From Perna viridis (Eukaryota): a stretch of DNA of 64,000 bases. The translations under genes and the position numbers were made by a program. The notes beneath the pieces are model-generated. The model saw nothing but the letters and a program-made list of their open reading frames with translations, was not told the origin of the DNA and did no database searches. Numbering within the stretch: position 1 is the first letter of the stretch; the number at the start of each line of letters is the position of its first letter. The stretch lies in contig CM074515.1 of assembly GCA_037379345.1 (NCBI GenBank), positions 51,093,743 through 51,157,742 of the forward strand, read 5' to 3'. Shown one piece after another: positions 1 to 13,477 of the stretch.

Positions 1-3000
1 TACCATTATCTTCTTTTGAGTTCGAGTACGGTAAAGTCCTGATCTTCCTCCCGTAAAGTGAATCTGATGTTGTAAGCGGCTCCTCATCAAGTGGATCGGA
101 TGACAAGTAAGAAAAATACTCGATTTCGGTGACGATTGCTCTTAAATCTTCGTAGCTGATTAATGATCTGCCTTAGACTGTTTGGGTACAATTCTTGGTT
201 AAGCCAATTAAGCGCTTCCACCAGCCGCCAAATAATGGTGCTCTTTTCGGGTTAAATTTTCTCGTAGTGAATCGACAATGATTTAGAGTCTCTTGAACAG
301 CTGGTGCTTTAGATAAGTTCTCGGTAACTTAAGACCCTGCAACATATGTAGTAGCATTATCGGAGATCATAACTTTTGGTAAGGATTACTGACTGGTGAA
401 TCGATGGAATGCTAGTATAAAAAACTTCCTGTAATAGATATTTCACAGGTGAACGGCACAGGTGCTTACGCAGATAAATAGGCAAAGTATGCCTTCACTT
501 CACGAATGTCCCCAGATCTTATGTAAAGAACACCGGTAAAATATACTCCTGTTACGGAAAATGGTGACTCCTGACGAAGTCTTTCGACTTGTAGGGGAGT
601 TGGATCCGGGGAGGGGTACGGTCTATCCATCTGGGGCAAACGGTGCATCGATACAACAATTTGTTGACATTTTGCCTGCTTGAAGGAATCCAGTAAGATT
701 GGCGTAACGTACATGTAGTATCGATACTTCCCACTCCTAAGTGTAGAAGTCTATAATGAATGTCCATGATAATCTGCGTTTGTTTGTCTTTCTACTGAAG
801 TTATACTAGACGCTTTGCTGAAATATTAGTCCTTGTATTGTCAATTCGTCCTCCTCCATTTACCATCGACGTACTGTTTCAGGTGATTGACTAAGTTGCT
901 TGCTGTCGCTTTCTTCTGAGTACATCGTCGAAATGTCTATGTTGTGTATCGAGAATCCGTTCCGTTGACGCATCCTGTATCTTAGAAGCGGCCAATTAAT
1001 CATGGTAGCATTTTCTCTTTCTCTGACATTTGTTCACAATCTCAAAATGTAAGATGTCACGCGCAATAGTTTTCGATATGACGAATATCGGCTTGTGTCT
1101 ATGATGTTGCTTATTCCACGAATATGTTCTGTTTGTGTGTGATGAGTTTTCACCGGTTAATCTTCTTTTTCGGTTTCTGTGGAATTCTCTTGGATTTCCC
1201 ATTCAGGAGTTATTTATTTATAAACAATCTATTCCAAAACTAGCATCCATAGTAATGTGTTTAAATTTGTCGGCGGACATTCCACGGGCAAGTAGGTCGG
1301 CGGTGTTTGATTCTGTCGAACAGTAAGTCCATTCTTGTCCAGTTGAAATGCGGCAAAAAGTTCAAGTTTAGGGATTGTCATTTTCTTTAGTGGTGCTTCT
1401 TTGTTTCTAGCCATTACTAGTGTATTCAGGTTATCGTGTACCAGATGCGCACAAGTTCTGTACGCGTTCATACTTGCTTCCGTGAAGATATGCAGTTTTG
1501 TTCCTTTGTTTTCTGAATTCTTGTCAAAATAGCAAAGCAGAAATTCAAGTTGAATCCATTTACTTGTTATTTTTCTATTTTTGTCCATCCTGTTACGATC
1601 TCTGACGGTAACGGTTCGTCCCAGTTAGTTTTGCTTTCCCATATTTTCTGCATTAAAATCAAATTGTCTAATGATTCCAAAAGTATTTGAGATGATTTGC
1701 GTAACACTTCTCGTTTCGTTAAGTTGTTTAAAACAGCCTATGCATCAAAGAACTTGATAAAATCTTTCTTGTTTTGAAAACTCGAAATTACGTTGTCAAC
1801 ATATGAGTCCTTGTGTAAAGTATCAGTCCACTTGTTTTGATTCTTTTTCAAATTTTTTGCATATGACGGTATTGAGTATAAATGGTGAGCACGTTGCTCC
1901 AGAAAGGACGAGCTTAAATCTGTATGTAGTCAGTTCACTTGTGAGGTCGTTCGGGTCACTCAACAAGTAAGACCTTGTTGTGTCACGATCCTCCTCTTCC
2001 AAACTAACGTTAAGGAACGTTTCTCTTTATCTGTTGAAACGGCGAATGGGTGCGCTCGAAATCGTAGTAAGATTATTGACAGTTCATTTAGATCGGGTGA
2101 TACATTCATTTAGCATTCATTTAGACTCTACAGCTGCAGTCAAGTACGATTCTGATCGGTGTAGTCGGAGAATCTTTCTTCACGTAATGGTGCGGTATAG
2201 AATGAACTTTTGTGTTGTTTTGCGTCTGCTCCTCCACTTTCTTAATGAAGCCTCGTCGTTCTTGATCGGCAATTATTTCTCTGTATTTCTGTAAAATAGT
2301 TACATCTCGACTGTTTCTGTTGACTATATTCTCGGTTTTACGCTTGGTTATCAGTTTATTTTCCGGTAGTTGCGGGTGATCTTCTCTCCAAAGTAACTTT
2401 GCAAAGTAACAGTTGTCATTGTAACTTATGTACGATTCTTCATACTGCTTTGGAATTTTCTCTCTATAGATGAATTGACTTTACTTTAAACATCTGCTGC
2501 TGCTACTCTTCAAAACCTCTCGAGATTAACTTCTGTTTTGTGCATGACTAGAACGTTCATCATTGACATGGTTTGCTCTTCATCACGGACTTCTCAGCTA
2601 ACGGACCTGAGAATAGATAGCCAACCTTTGATTTTAACCTTATAAGACAATCGCCTCTGATTAATCCATTATACAACGGACCAGTAATAATCAGCTCCAA
2701 TTAAGAAGTTAACATTAAATATGTCTTTGTGGGTAAATGGATGCGCTAACTTCCATCCAGTCAAATGTTTTATATTTTTGGCTTTGTGGTTATATGTTTT
2801 CAACGGCACTGCCATTTCCGGGACGATCAATACTTTCAGTTGCAACTTTCCCTCATTCATTATATAGTGAATGATGCCGGTTTTCAGGTGTTATACTTTC
2901 TTGCATTGTTCAGTATCATCAACAAGTTTACTATCTTGGTTCCCTCAAGTCATACGCTCACTTCTCGGTAATAAAGGATTTCTGCGCGCTTTCGTCGAAT

Positions 3001-4370
3001 ATAATATAAGCTTCCATATACGGTGTGTCTAAGCTAACTTGGGTAACGGCGCTTTTGAGTATAACATTCGTATGTGAATAAAGAATGGTGTGCGATTCAC
3101 GCGTACTCGCGTTGTGTTGAATAGTGCTAACGTTCACATGTTTTTACTCGTCATGTTTGGTGTTCTCTTTAGATATATGCAGGCTAGTATGGTGGCGTTT
3201 TTGACATCTCCTACATGTTTGGTTTGATTTTCAGTCTGAAATTCTATGACGACCTAGACAATTGAAGCAAAGAAAATCTTTTCTTACTATTTCCATTATC
3301 TCTTTTGGGTCAATGATCTATTACCACTTAAAAGACAGATGCTTGTCATGACAAAATGCATATGCGGGGACAACATACTTGCATTTGTATCAGGGTTTTT
3401 GTTGTAAATTATTCTGGGTGACGTCTTTGACTTTGCTTTGTGACAGTAGCAAGCGGTCTGTCTTCGTTATCTGACGCAATATTTGTACCAGCTTCCATAC
3501 TGTCTAACTCATGAAATATGCACTCTCTCAGTTCATCGAGTGTCCAATTAGTAGAACGATGTTTTCGTGTAAGGTGGCGACGTACATTTCTAGGTAGTTT
3601 CTCAAGTATTATAGGGACCAATAATGAACTATATGACGCATTTGCCTGTCCTGAAGACTAGGCCTCTGACATAAGTTTCAACATTGTCGTAGAAATTCCG
3701 TTAACTTGTGAGGGTGTTTGAGGAGACGGAATATGAATCAATTCTTTCACGTATTTCTAGAGATCTTATGATCTTTATCATATCTTTGTTGTAGAAAGAA
3801 CACAGCTCTCTCGTAATTTGAATTTGTTAGTGTTAATCCTGTGATTGTCTTTCGGGCCTCACATATTTATGATTTCAGATAGTTAAATCTCTGGACATTG
3901 TGCATTGTAGTATTCACGTGCAACGCGGATTCATGCATGTACCAGAACGACTGTCATTCTTAAATGTAAAATGTCAGCTCCAAAATTGTAAATTGAGCTT
4001 GGGGAGTTTATAGTATTCACTGGTAACGGTTAAAGAGAAACAGAAGTTAGAAATGTGGTTTGCGCTTGGGTCTTCTTCTCTGCAATATTCATGTGTGTTT
4101 GCGTTAGCACATGATTGTGGGACTCGTGGGATATTTGCTTGTCTAGTAATGAAACTTTCAGCGTTGACGCTCAATTCCTTTGTATGGACTGACAAACATT
4201 TACTGATATGGCGTATTTTTGTCTCTAAATTAAATGCATACTCATCTGACTCGATGATCTCTGTTACCATGTCCAGTCCACCCAACACGTCCAATTTACG
4301 CAAGAATTCCTCTTTTCATTTTAAAGTTCCTCAATGTCAATGTTTTTCTGTTCACCGTTTTTAGTATACA
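1..4370 (-). mobile_element. Degenerate BEL/Pao LTR retrotransposon (gag-protease-RT-RNase H-integrase), runs off the left edge
   Basis: Minus-strand fragments in BEL order: gag (VPIILEKLP, CFNCLGRH...CRRCQKRHHTSL), protease (LIGADYYWSVV), RT (GATCSPFIL, SYVDN ~1795), Pao RNase H (LHIFTEASMNAY...LVMARNKEAPLKKMTIPKLEL), integrase (H..H..YWIP..CTVC, PFSVTGVYF, APLFGGWWKRLIG ~200-240). Many stops and frameshifts; no 5' LTR seen. Confidence 0.93.
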
Positions 4371-4379
4371 GCGTTGAAA

Positions 4380-4585
4380 AATCAAAGGTTTTAATATCAA
4401 GTTCTTTGTGGTAGATGCGATGTATCAAATCCCTGAAATTATGATTGTTTAAAGATAATACGTCATCTACATAGCGGAAACTAAGATTAAAGAATCTAGC
4501 TAAAAGGTATTATTTTTTTTCGTATCAGATTAGCTATAAAGTAAGCCTAATATAAGTGTAGTAATAGGTCAGCAAGTAGAGGATA
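4380..4585 (-). mobile_element. Penelope-like RT fragment
   Basis: Minus-strand translation gives PLLADLL and ARFFNLSFRYVDD, the PLE RT catalytic region; similar to the copy at ~30200. Confidence 0.8.
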
Positions 4586-4928
4586 CTATTATTATTTCCT
4601 TTCCTGGTCATCTATTCTCAGAGCAAGAGGTTTAACTTGTTTTTCAACACATGATTTCAATTCTGCTTCAACAGTTTTTGGCAGTGTCTCACAAAGTTTT
4701 TTTCAGTTATTTTAGATATTACTTTGTCTAGACTACTTGCACTTGTGAGGGCATATATTATTTAGGTGTTTTACGAATAGCTGTCGCTTTCTTATCGAGC
4801 ACACCTGTGGTAGGTTCTGGAAAGGATTAATAATTCCAAGACGTGTAAAACTGACTGGGTAAAAGAGAGCTCTCTGAATATACATGTTCAAATATATATA
4901 CTATTCAGTTATATAAGACACATCCATC

Positions 4929-5252
4929 AATCAATGTGAATCTGGACATAAACATCCTATGTGTCCAGTGTACCCGTCCATTTCTTATTTGTGAACAAGT
5001 ATGTTTTGTCCTCCAGGTATTTCTTTTGACTTGCTTATTACTTGTTACTTGTTGTCTTTTATAACATGTTCTTGTACTTCCCCATTTTGTTTGTTTTATA
5101 GCCCTAAGCCTTTTTGGTTGCTTTATACCTGTACATGCATATAATTCAATTTATAGTTAACATGAACAATATTAATTCTTAAAGTAATTACATATTCATC
5201 TCCCTTTCTCAAAAATAACAATGTAATCAATAATGTCTAAGCACTGTCCTAT
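4929..5252. repeat. 324-bp direct repeat, copy 1 (copy 2 at 8196-8519)
   Basis: AATCAATGTGAATCTGGACATAAAC...CTAAGCACTGTCCTAT is present at both places with scattered substitutions. Confidence 0.95.
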
Positions 5253-5880
5253 TGGATCGATTCTTGTGGTAGATAATTGGGAAGGATTACGACAAACTAC
5301 AGAGAGCCTTAATCTTTTTTGTGTGGCTATTACCCAAAGACCTTCCCGAATGTGATCTGCCATAGGGAGAATCGAATTAGGATAAACGAGTATTTGACAA
5401 CGCTTGCTTAAGATATTTCTGTTTTTCATGAAAAGAGTAATAATACGTGTCTTATTTAAGTTTACTGGGTAGACTGGACTTTTAATGTTGCAAACCCCTA
5501 TTAATGGATTGGAACACTGTTTTAATTTATCCGGAGTCAACAACACATACTGCGTTCTAGCCTTATTAACTGCCAATGCATTACTTTCTAATTTATAACT
5601 GAAGTTTCAAATTAACTAAATAAAATAAACTTTTTTCAATCTTGAATTGAAGTTCTTTGACAAACCCCGCAAATGAAAATTAAGTACCATGAAATTTTCT
5701 ACACTTACAATATGTTTCTCTAGAATTTCTGTATTGTTCTGCAGACGACCTATGAGTCCCCTATACTTAGTGACCAATGAATTCAAAAGTTCCCGATTTT
5801 GGAAAACCTCATTTCTCGTCATATTTAAAATAGATATACTTTTTGACACTACATGCGTAATCGTTTTCTGATTACGACCA
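5253..5880 (-). pseudogene. Fragment of retroelement envelope gene, baculovirus-F/errantivirus-env-like
   Basis: NQKTITHVVSKSISILNMTR heptad-like region, then AVNKARTQYVLLTPDKLKQCSNP..GVCNIKSPVYP..LF..C..LP.A..I..GLWVI, a Cys/hydrophobic pattern typical of F-protein-like env of invertebrate Gypsy elements. Truncated at both ends with an internal deletion. Confidence 0.7.
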
Positions 5881-7424
5881 AAGAAACAAAGAGCAGAAGA
5901 CTACCAGATGGAACATTACCATCTCTACAATAAACAAGACCAAAAACTAGTCAAATTATACAACTAAAATGAAACAACTAAATATGCATATGAGATACGA
6001 GACATGCAACTCAACAACTAAGACCACAATAAACGAAGGCGCGCTCATGAAAGAAATTGTGGGGACTAAAACACACATAGTTTACTAACATAAACGCAAT
6101 TAGACACCAAAATGAATGAACAAAAAAAAAAGAACACAATCATATTTATTATGTACATGCTGTATTGTCCCGATAGGGTAATGTCTGGAATAGCGTTCCA
6201 GAAACTGATAATCAAGGCGCCAGCTTTGGCAAAACGGCTCTTCAGTAAACGAATCAGAAATACTGCCAGAAGTGTTAACATGGCTGGTTCATTTTCAGGT
6301 TCTCTAAAGTAAAGTGCCATCTGCATAAAAGAGATACGAACCCAATGTTATAACAACAGATAACTTCTAAAATTTTGGCTAAATACCAACGAGTTCAACA
6401 ACTGACTTCGATCTGAACCACCAGTTTCCAGTTAACTTTAAAAGACCCATAACTAAGATTTCAAAATGAATAAAAAAAAAAACAATGAAAATGAATGATA
6501 TGACTACAATGAAAACTTTTGTGAACATCTGAATTGTTCACAGACCAACAAATAAAAACTTGAATTGTGTACAATAAAATTGACAACAGAACCACAAGAT
6601 CAATCTGACAATGAATTAAACGCACTACAAAGCAATCTTTTGCAAGACATCTAAAGTCAATTTTAACGTCTCATTCCCTTTTGAGGATTTATGAAGACGA
6701 CGTTTCTTACGTGATGGAAGTATATGTTTTGGAGTAACATCATCCACTGACATCTCTTCTCCACTGCTTGAAGGCCTGGTTGATCCCGTTGAACCGACCT
6801 TCGACGAAACGGATTCTGAAATGTACTTATCAGAGTGTGACGAAGAAAAAGGAGAAGAATATTCACCAGAGGAAGTTGTAGTACTTACTTCCGTATCAGT
6901 ATCTATATCAGTCTCAGAAATAGAGTCCTGCTTAATTTTGATACGTTTCAATAATCCGAAAATACGGCTGCCAATAGATAAATAATCCCTGATAATTAAT
7001 AACAAAAATCAATCCACCCAAAAACAATTACCTACGTTAAGGTTTCTAAACAAAAAATCAACTTCAAAGGTACTTTTATACACTATGGAATTCAATATAA
7101 CGAATTCTGTGATCTGTCTTACGTAGAAGGATTATAATGAAATATATGCATTTTAAGAAAAGTATGCTCGGCAAAATTTAAGCATGCTAAGCATGCCTAA
7201 AATAACTAAATGGTAAGAAAGAAACTAACTTAAGCAACCCATACACGTTGACATATTCTTTCTAACACCAAATCAGAATCGTAATAACCAATTTAGAGCA
7301 ACTTAATAACATTTCAATTAACTTCACGATGCACCTCATTACTACATACGCATTTCTGTGTTTTCTTATTGCCTTGGTCAACAATGTTACCTCTTGTAAC
7401 ATAAAAACAACGTTGTCTACGTTA

Positions 7425-7592
7425 AAATGAAATAGTAACGGCCAACTGCCATACAGCCATATATCTAACGGCTTCAACTAAATAAAACAATAACGGCGAA
7501 CTGCCATAGAGCCATATATCTAACGGCTTCAACTAAATGAAACAACAACGCGCGCGAACTGCCATGAAGCCATATATCTAACAGCTTCAACT
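7425..7592. repeat. Three tandem copies of a ~55-58-bp unit
   Basis: AAAT.AAA...AACGGC.AACTGCCAT..AGCCATATATCTAAC.GCTTCAACT x3, head to tail. Confidence 0.9.
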
Positions 7593-7929
7593 AATTAAAT
7601 ACAACCGACCACTTCTCGTATATACGCAACGACAAATGGAGCTGACAATAATAAAAGATAAAATCACGTATGCACTAATTAAAATAAAAGTGAAGTTCCG
7701 TGAATAGTAATTTGCATTTAAGGAATATCAAAGAAAGAATAAGATTTTATAGAAACCATCAGAAGAAAAAAAAATCATCGACCAGAATATATTTGACCTA
7801 TGAACCTATGAACACGCACTACTGCAACTAAATTATTTTTCGCAAAAACGTCCTCTAGTTCCATAACTTCACAACTTATCAGGACATAAAAAATGTAACC
7901 TTACATCATTATTATGCTATCCGCAATAC

Positions 7930-8195
7930 ATTTGGTACCTGATTTGTTTGAAGCATGAATCTTAGTCCATTCTTGGTTTGAGTCAATCATAATTCACTAT
8001 TGAAATTAAAATTCCCCCGGCAGATCACCATATGCTTCCTCAGCCAAATTTAATAACCTTTCAGAAAACAATTGAACATTTTCATCATGTTTTTGCCTAA
8101 TTCTTCTTAGCATTTTCCCGCGAAATGAGCATCAGAAACAATACCAAAACAAGCATTCAATTCTTTCTTTAACCCTTCCCAAGTATCTTCTAGAA
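7930..8195 (-). pseudogene. Gypsy-type gag (capsid) fragment
   Basis: Translation EDTWEGLKKELNACFG...(frameshift)...LRRIRQKHDENVQLFSERLLNLAEEAY matches the retrotransposon gag major-homology pattern Q...E.V..F..R. Confidence 0.75.
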
Positions 8196-8519
8196 AATCA
8201 ATGTGAATCTGGACATAAACATCCTATGTGTCCAGTTTACCTGCCCATTTCTTATTTGTGTACAAGTATGTTTTGTCCTCCTGGTATTTCTTTTGACTTG
8301 CTTATTACTTGTTACTTGTTGTTTTTCATAACATGTTCTTTTACTTCCCCATTTTGTTTGTTTTATACCCGTAAGCCTTTTTGGTTGTTCTATACATGTA
8401 CATGCATATAATTCAATTTATAGTTAACATGAACAATATTAATTCTTAAAGTAATTACATATTCATCTCCCTTTCTCAAAAATAACAATTTAATCAATAA
8501 TGTCTAAGCACTGTCCTAT
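8196..8519. repeat. 324-bp direct repeat, copy 2
   Basis: Near-identical to 4929-5252. Confidence 0.95.
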
Positions 8520-10937
8520 CACACACCACTCAAACCACAAACGGAGTTTCTCTCTCTCATCCGGCGTTCTTGTTGCTTAATAGTAGTCAATGGGACTCTC
8601 GGGAGAAGGTCTTTTTTGTTTATTTGTCTGAGTATTGGAAATTGGTGCAGGAGGTTGCATACTTGTGATTAGGAAAGGATCATTAAGGTCAGTTAGGTCT
8701 ATGTCTAAGTCGTTAAAGAAAAGACAAATAATAAAAATTCTGACTGAATGTATTAGGAAACAAACTTCGGAATTATGTGGCATGGCCTCAGTTGATAATA
8801 AAATGACTCTCAAGTTGCACCTGATAACAAAACCCTTTTCACTTGATTTAAGGCAAGCCTGTGCACCATTGGTACCAATGCATGCTCAATTTCAAGTGAA
8901 AAAAATAGGTGACTAATTCCCCATACTCAGACTCATATCAGTTCACTCTCTGGTATCAAGTTTTTTTTTAAAGGAGTGTATAACTTATCAATATGCTTAC
9001 TGCATATACATGTACATATACATGTATATTCAAAAATTACTGTCATATGAATCTTGATTTCGACAAAAGAAGTATCAAATATATCTCCCTTTAATATACC
9101 CATTTTTAAAAAAATTAAAACAGTTTGTTTCATCTTTGATTGTATAAAAATCAAAAGGGAAAATTTATTTCATTTATAAATGAAATAAACAAAGTTTATA
9201 TCATATTAAATTAGTGTATGTTGAATAGTTAAAAACAATTACACCTTAGAGTTATGTTTTACGCTATCAGCTAGACATATAGAGTGGAAAAAAACTCCGT
9301 CATAGAGACATTCAAGTATGATTGATTAATTTTCTCGTCTGTTTATTGTTAATCTGTTGTGTGTGTGTGTGTTTTTTTTTTATTATTATTTTCAATTGAT
9401 ATGTGAGATGGAGGGACTTCCGATAACAATAATTTACCATATCATACGTGTAATGTTAATATTTTATGGTTACGCATTCTAGAATCGGCCAGAAAAATAT
9501 TAGCGCTTATATCTGCGCATGAATTAAGCATGGAAGCTTTAAATTAAAGAGGCATATATATAAATTTATCTCCAGTGCCTGTGTAATAATTCGTTGGGTA
9601 GTTTCGAATTGGTGCAGTCGCGCACTTAGCGTTGTAAAGAATATCTGCATTCGTACCTTTACTTCTACATTTTATAAAACTTAAAGCAATAAATCATTTG
9701 GTCTCCCGTTCCGTAAAATAGCGTTTTACTTGAAACAAACTTGCATAAAATTCGGTGATATACAAATAATGTGTGGCCGTTTTCCCTTCAACTACATGAT
9801 AATATTGCATGAGTGACTCTATATACCTTCAGAACCAGTTAAAACTCACTAATATTTATCACGCTTAACTACAGACAGACAGACAAACAAACCGACAGAT
9901 CACCGAGCAATGTGTTAAATGTTTTCTGAGTACAATAGCTGAAACATAATAAGCACGTACATGTACAAAATTAATCATTGTTGAAAAATTTACTTTACTT
10001 ATAGTTAAATCAACAATTCCTATAACATTTTTTTATAACAAGTTTCAAAATATATACATGAGAAAAGTAAAAGTGGAACTTTTTCATTAGAATTTATGAT
10101 TACGAATAGTACTAAATTAATATGGGAAAGTTTGAAATAAATGCATCTATGTAGGTATTAACTCTCCCGCTTTCGATTGGAGCCTCCCAACATTTCATCA
10201 TACATTCCGTAATCGCCAACGATCTAGTCCGTCTACCGGTGGGAGCTTAAAACCTGCAGCTTTCGAAAAGTTCACTATTCATCAGTTATAATGATGGGGA
10301 TGAAAAGGGACGTTAAGAAGCCCAAAAGTGACAAATTTTAATTTTGGATCAAAATAGCAAGGGGTTTCCTTTTATAGAGTTTCCGAAAATTAACATAAAT
10401 GCAAATCGTATCTCCGCTAAAATGCATGAAAGCCTGGCATAACTTAAATTCAGGTTCGAAAAATAATTTTAAAAAATGTCACGTGGATATTCATACCATT
10501 ATACTTCAGATGGTTCACGATCAGGCCATGCTTATATAACTTGACAACCTATAAAACATTGCCGCACCCCATCAAATCCACCATCCGGGACGCGCCTGCT
10601 TTTTTTCAAGATGCGGATAACACAATTTTGGAGACATGGATTGAATACAAAAGTAACACAAGACGAAGCTGACTTCTTATATTATAACAACAAAATATAG
10701 ACGCTTAAATTTGCATTAAATATTCGAAAAGACACCAAACAACTTAGCTGCAGACAACAATTAGCACGGCAGGACCGCTTGTCACAAATATTATATTAGG
10801 CCTGTCATAACAAATACTAAAACTACGCGTAGGCTATTCAGCACAGATATTTACACATGAACGTGAAAAAATTAAATGTACATTCATATTCCTCCTGAGG
10901 GGTGCATCAAAGTACTTCATTAGAAAGCAGTTTTGAT

Positions 10938-11114
10938 CAGTGGCGGATCCAGAGTTTTAACGTAAAAAGGGGGAGCAAAAAAAAATCCTTGACAGGATCA
11001 CCGGCGAGGGTCACAAAGTGTGGGTTTTTCATGATTTAACACACACAATTTTTCAACAATTTTTTTTCTCTAAAGGGGGAGGGCAGGGGCCCCTGCCCCC
11101 TGGACCCGCAACTG
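10938..11114. mobile_element. MITE with CAGTGGCGGATCCAG terminal inverted repeats
   Basis: TIRs CAGTGGCGGATCCAG / CTGGACCCGCAACTG; flanks TTGAT / TTAAT (5-bp TSD, one mismatch). Related ends at 51023 and ~12153. Confidence 0.85.
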
Positions 11115-11424
11115 TTAATATGAATACAGATATTTCAATCAAGTGTCTACATGTTTTTTGGCGTATTGTGTAGGTGTACACTAAATAAGAAAGAAATGTT
11201 GGAATATTTACTTTATAAGAAACTTAAGCAACAGGATTTTATACACACAAAATTCGTAAAATTGAACAGGCATTTTGCACGCATTAACTTTACAATATCA
11301 AATACATGTTGGGACATGTTTGATATGTGCACATTGTAAATGTCTATGTATTGAAGATTTTTCCCGGGTAGAGGAGGCAGTCTTGAAAAAACTTTATTAT
11401 ATAGAACTGTGCTTAATCATTTGA

Positions 11425-11949
11425 TTGATTGATTGATTGATTGTTGGGGTTTAACGCCCGAGCAGCACTATTTCAGCTATATTCAGGCGATGAACATGAA
11501 GTTGATGATAAAATGAACATGAAATGATGATGAAATGAAAAATGGAATGGGGCACATGGATAATGTGGTCGACAAATTTTGACTGCCACTGCAAATAGGG
11601 AGAGGTGGTTAGGGTCGGGCAATTTAGCCTCCTGTGGTGGAGTCCTATGGTTCCTACTCCTGGAGAATACCACACTAGGGTTCTTTAACGTGCGAGAAAC
11701 GTGGCATTTTTCCCAACACGGTGCACAACTATGATTTGCGGGCAGGTTTTCCGTATTATAGCCTGATACCCGCAGCATGTAACACGCCAGGGGTACCCCA
11801 TACCACCACCAGGGACACACAACCAAGTTGCTCTGTGGGCAGAACGCCCTAGTCCCCGGTTAGGGTTCTGAGCACTATTTAGTCGCCTTTTACGACAAGC
11901 TTGGCGCTGCTGTAAGCCTATTCTTTTGACACCCGGACCCGCACGGGGC
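11425..11949 (-). mobile_element. Full-length SINE (525 bp), non-tRNA structured head, Meta-like central box, (ATCA)n tail
   Basis: 14-bp TSD GCTTAATCATTTGA (11411-11424 and 11950-11963); second full copy at 22426-22939; GCACGTTAAAGAACCC box resembles the MetaSINE domain; tail TATAGCTGAAATA..GCGTTAAAC plus microsatellite. Confidence 0.92.
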
Positions 11950-12573
11950 GCTTAATCATTTGAATAGATAAATATCCTAAGCCTGGATTTTTTTTACAGG
12001 CAGGAAAACACAGCAGATGGCTTTAAATTTTCCTACTTTTAAAATAAAAGTATGAGCGAGTAAAAAGCTTTAGATAGCGTGCTACAGGTTTCTATATAAA
12101 CACTAAAGCTTATACGAGTTTATTTAAAGCATCTCATTTTTGTACTACATTCCAGGCGCGGATCCAAGGACTGGCGTGCAGGGCGTACGCCCCCCCCCTT
12201 AAATCGGTAAGAAAAAAAATCACCACCTTTTTCAACCGATAACAGTTTTGCCATGCTTTGCATGGTATATTTAACGCAAAAGTAATATCAATCATAATGT
12301 AGAACAATTTTTTATCGAGGAGATTTATACGGATATTAGCGCAAACGAATATTGAAAAATATTACATTCAAATCCACATAATCCCACTTTAAGGACAATG
12401 ACGCGGTTCGAAGTAAGTGTATGTCCATAGCAGTAGCTATATCAGAATCAACATATGATCAAAGATTATTTCAGACTTTATTTCATTCTTTGGCTTAAAA
12501 TTTAGATAGAAGCTCCTTTATTAATATATCTACTCTACTTGCTACGTGTATCATGTGATCTAGCTCACTGTCA

Positions 12574-13474
12574 CATATTGAAGATCTTTTGTATAGTTGT
12601 GGAAACTGAGTAAAAGAGTCTAAAGCCGTTTCATACGATTTCAATGTGTTTTTTTTAACAATGACACGTTATCAACATTTTTCCCCTTTTCTACGTCTTC
12701 CAAGGATGGTCCGGTATAGGTGATTGGTCTGCAACTGCATGAATGCATATCTGCTTTTAGTTTTGAAAATTAAATCTCTAAGCTATCGGTTATCAAGTTC
12801 ATGCGGCCAGAATGTATTCAGATTTGTGAAGTATATTTTATTCTAGGTATTTCTGAATAATTTTTAAAACTAAATTCATAACGCGGTCAAATTTTGCGGA
12901 GTTTTACAACTGCTTGGTTATTTACACAAAAATAAAATCGTTATAGTATAATTAATATTACTGTACTCATTATTACATCTAAAATGGATTCGCAGAAGAC
13001 GTAAGCTTAAGGTAAATTCATGTGTAGAAAGCATCGATATTAATTCATGCATAATACTTGGTAAAATAATCATTAGCGGAGTTAAAACTATGGATTAACA
13101 TTTATGTTCTCATGTTAAACAATGACCGTCTTGAATCAGTAGAAAATGAACTATTGATTTCCTGTGAAGTTAACATACTGAGCAATTTGATCGAGGTTGG
13201 CGAGGGAGGCAAGAGGACGGGGCTGGCCATATTGAAGATCTTTTGTATAGTTGTCGAAACTGAGTAAAAGAGTCTAAAGCCGTTTCAAACGATTTCAATG
13301 TTGTTTTTTTTACAAAGACAATTTATCAACATTTTTTCCCTTTAATTTCTACATCTTCCAAGAATGGTCCGGTATAAGGAAGAATATTTGATTCTAGGTA
13401 TTTTAAAATCATTTTAAAAACTAAATTCAGTCAGATTGTGCGGAGTTTTACAACTGCTTGGTTATTTACACAAA
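12574..13474. repeat. Local direct duplication: 12574-12930 and 13228-13474 (second copy has an internal deletion of ~110 bp)
   Basis: Both start CATATTGAAGATCTTTTGTATAGTTGT and end ACAACTGCTTGGTTATTTACACAAA. Confidence 0.9.
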
Positions 13475-13477
13475 CAA

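Noticed and set aside
4590-4800. LINE ORF1-like coiled-coil fragment on the minus strand
   Set aside because: Only a short helical-looking translation (LCETLPKTVEAELKSCVEKQVKPL); too little to assign.
7425-7592. Possible CRISPR-like array
   Set aside because: Units are contiguous tandem copies with no unique spacers; eukaryotic context and no cas genes.
4929-8519. Intact or simply deleted LTR retrotransposon
   Set aside because: No TG...CA, PBS, PPT or TSD, and coding fragments abut the repeats mid-frame.
11451-11826. ORFs 11451-11675, 11473-11826 and 22454-22810 as conserved small proteins
   Set aside because: They are chance frames in two SINE copies, and the frames shift between copies.
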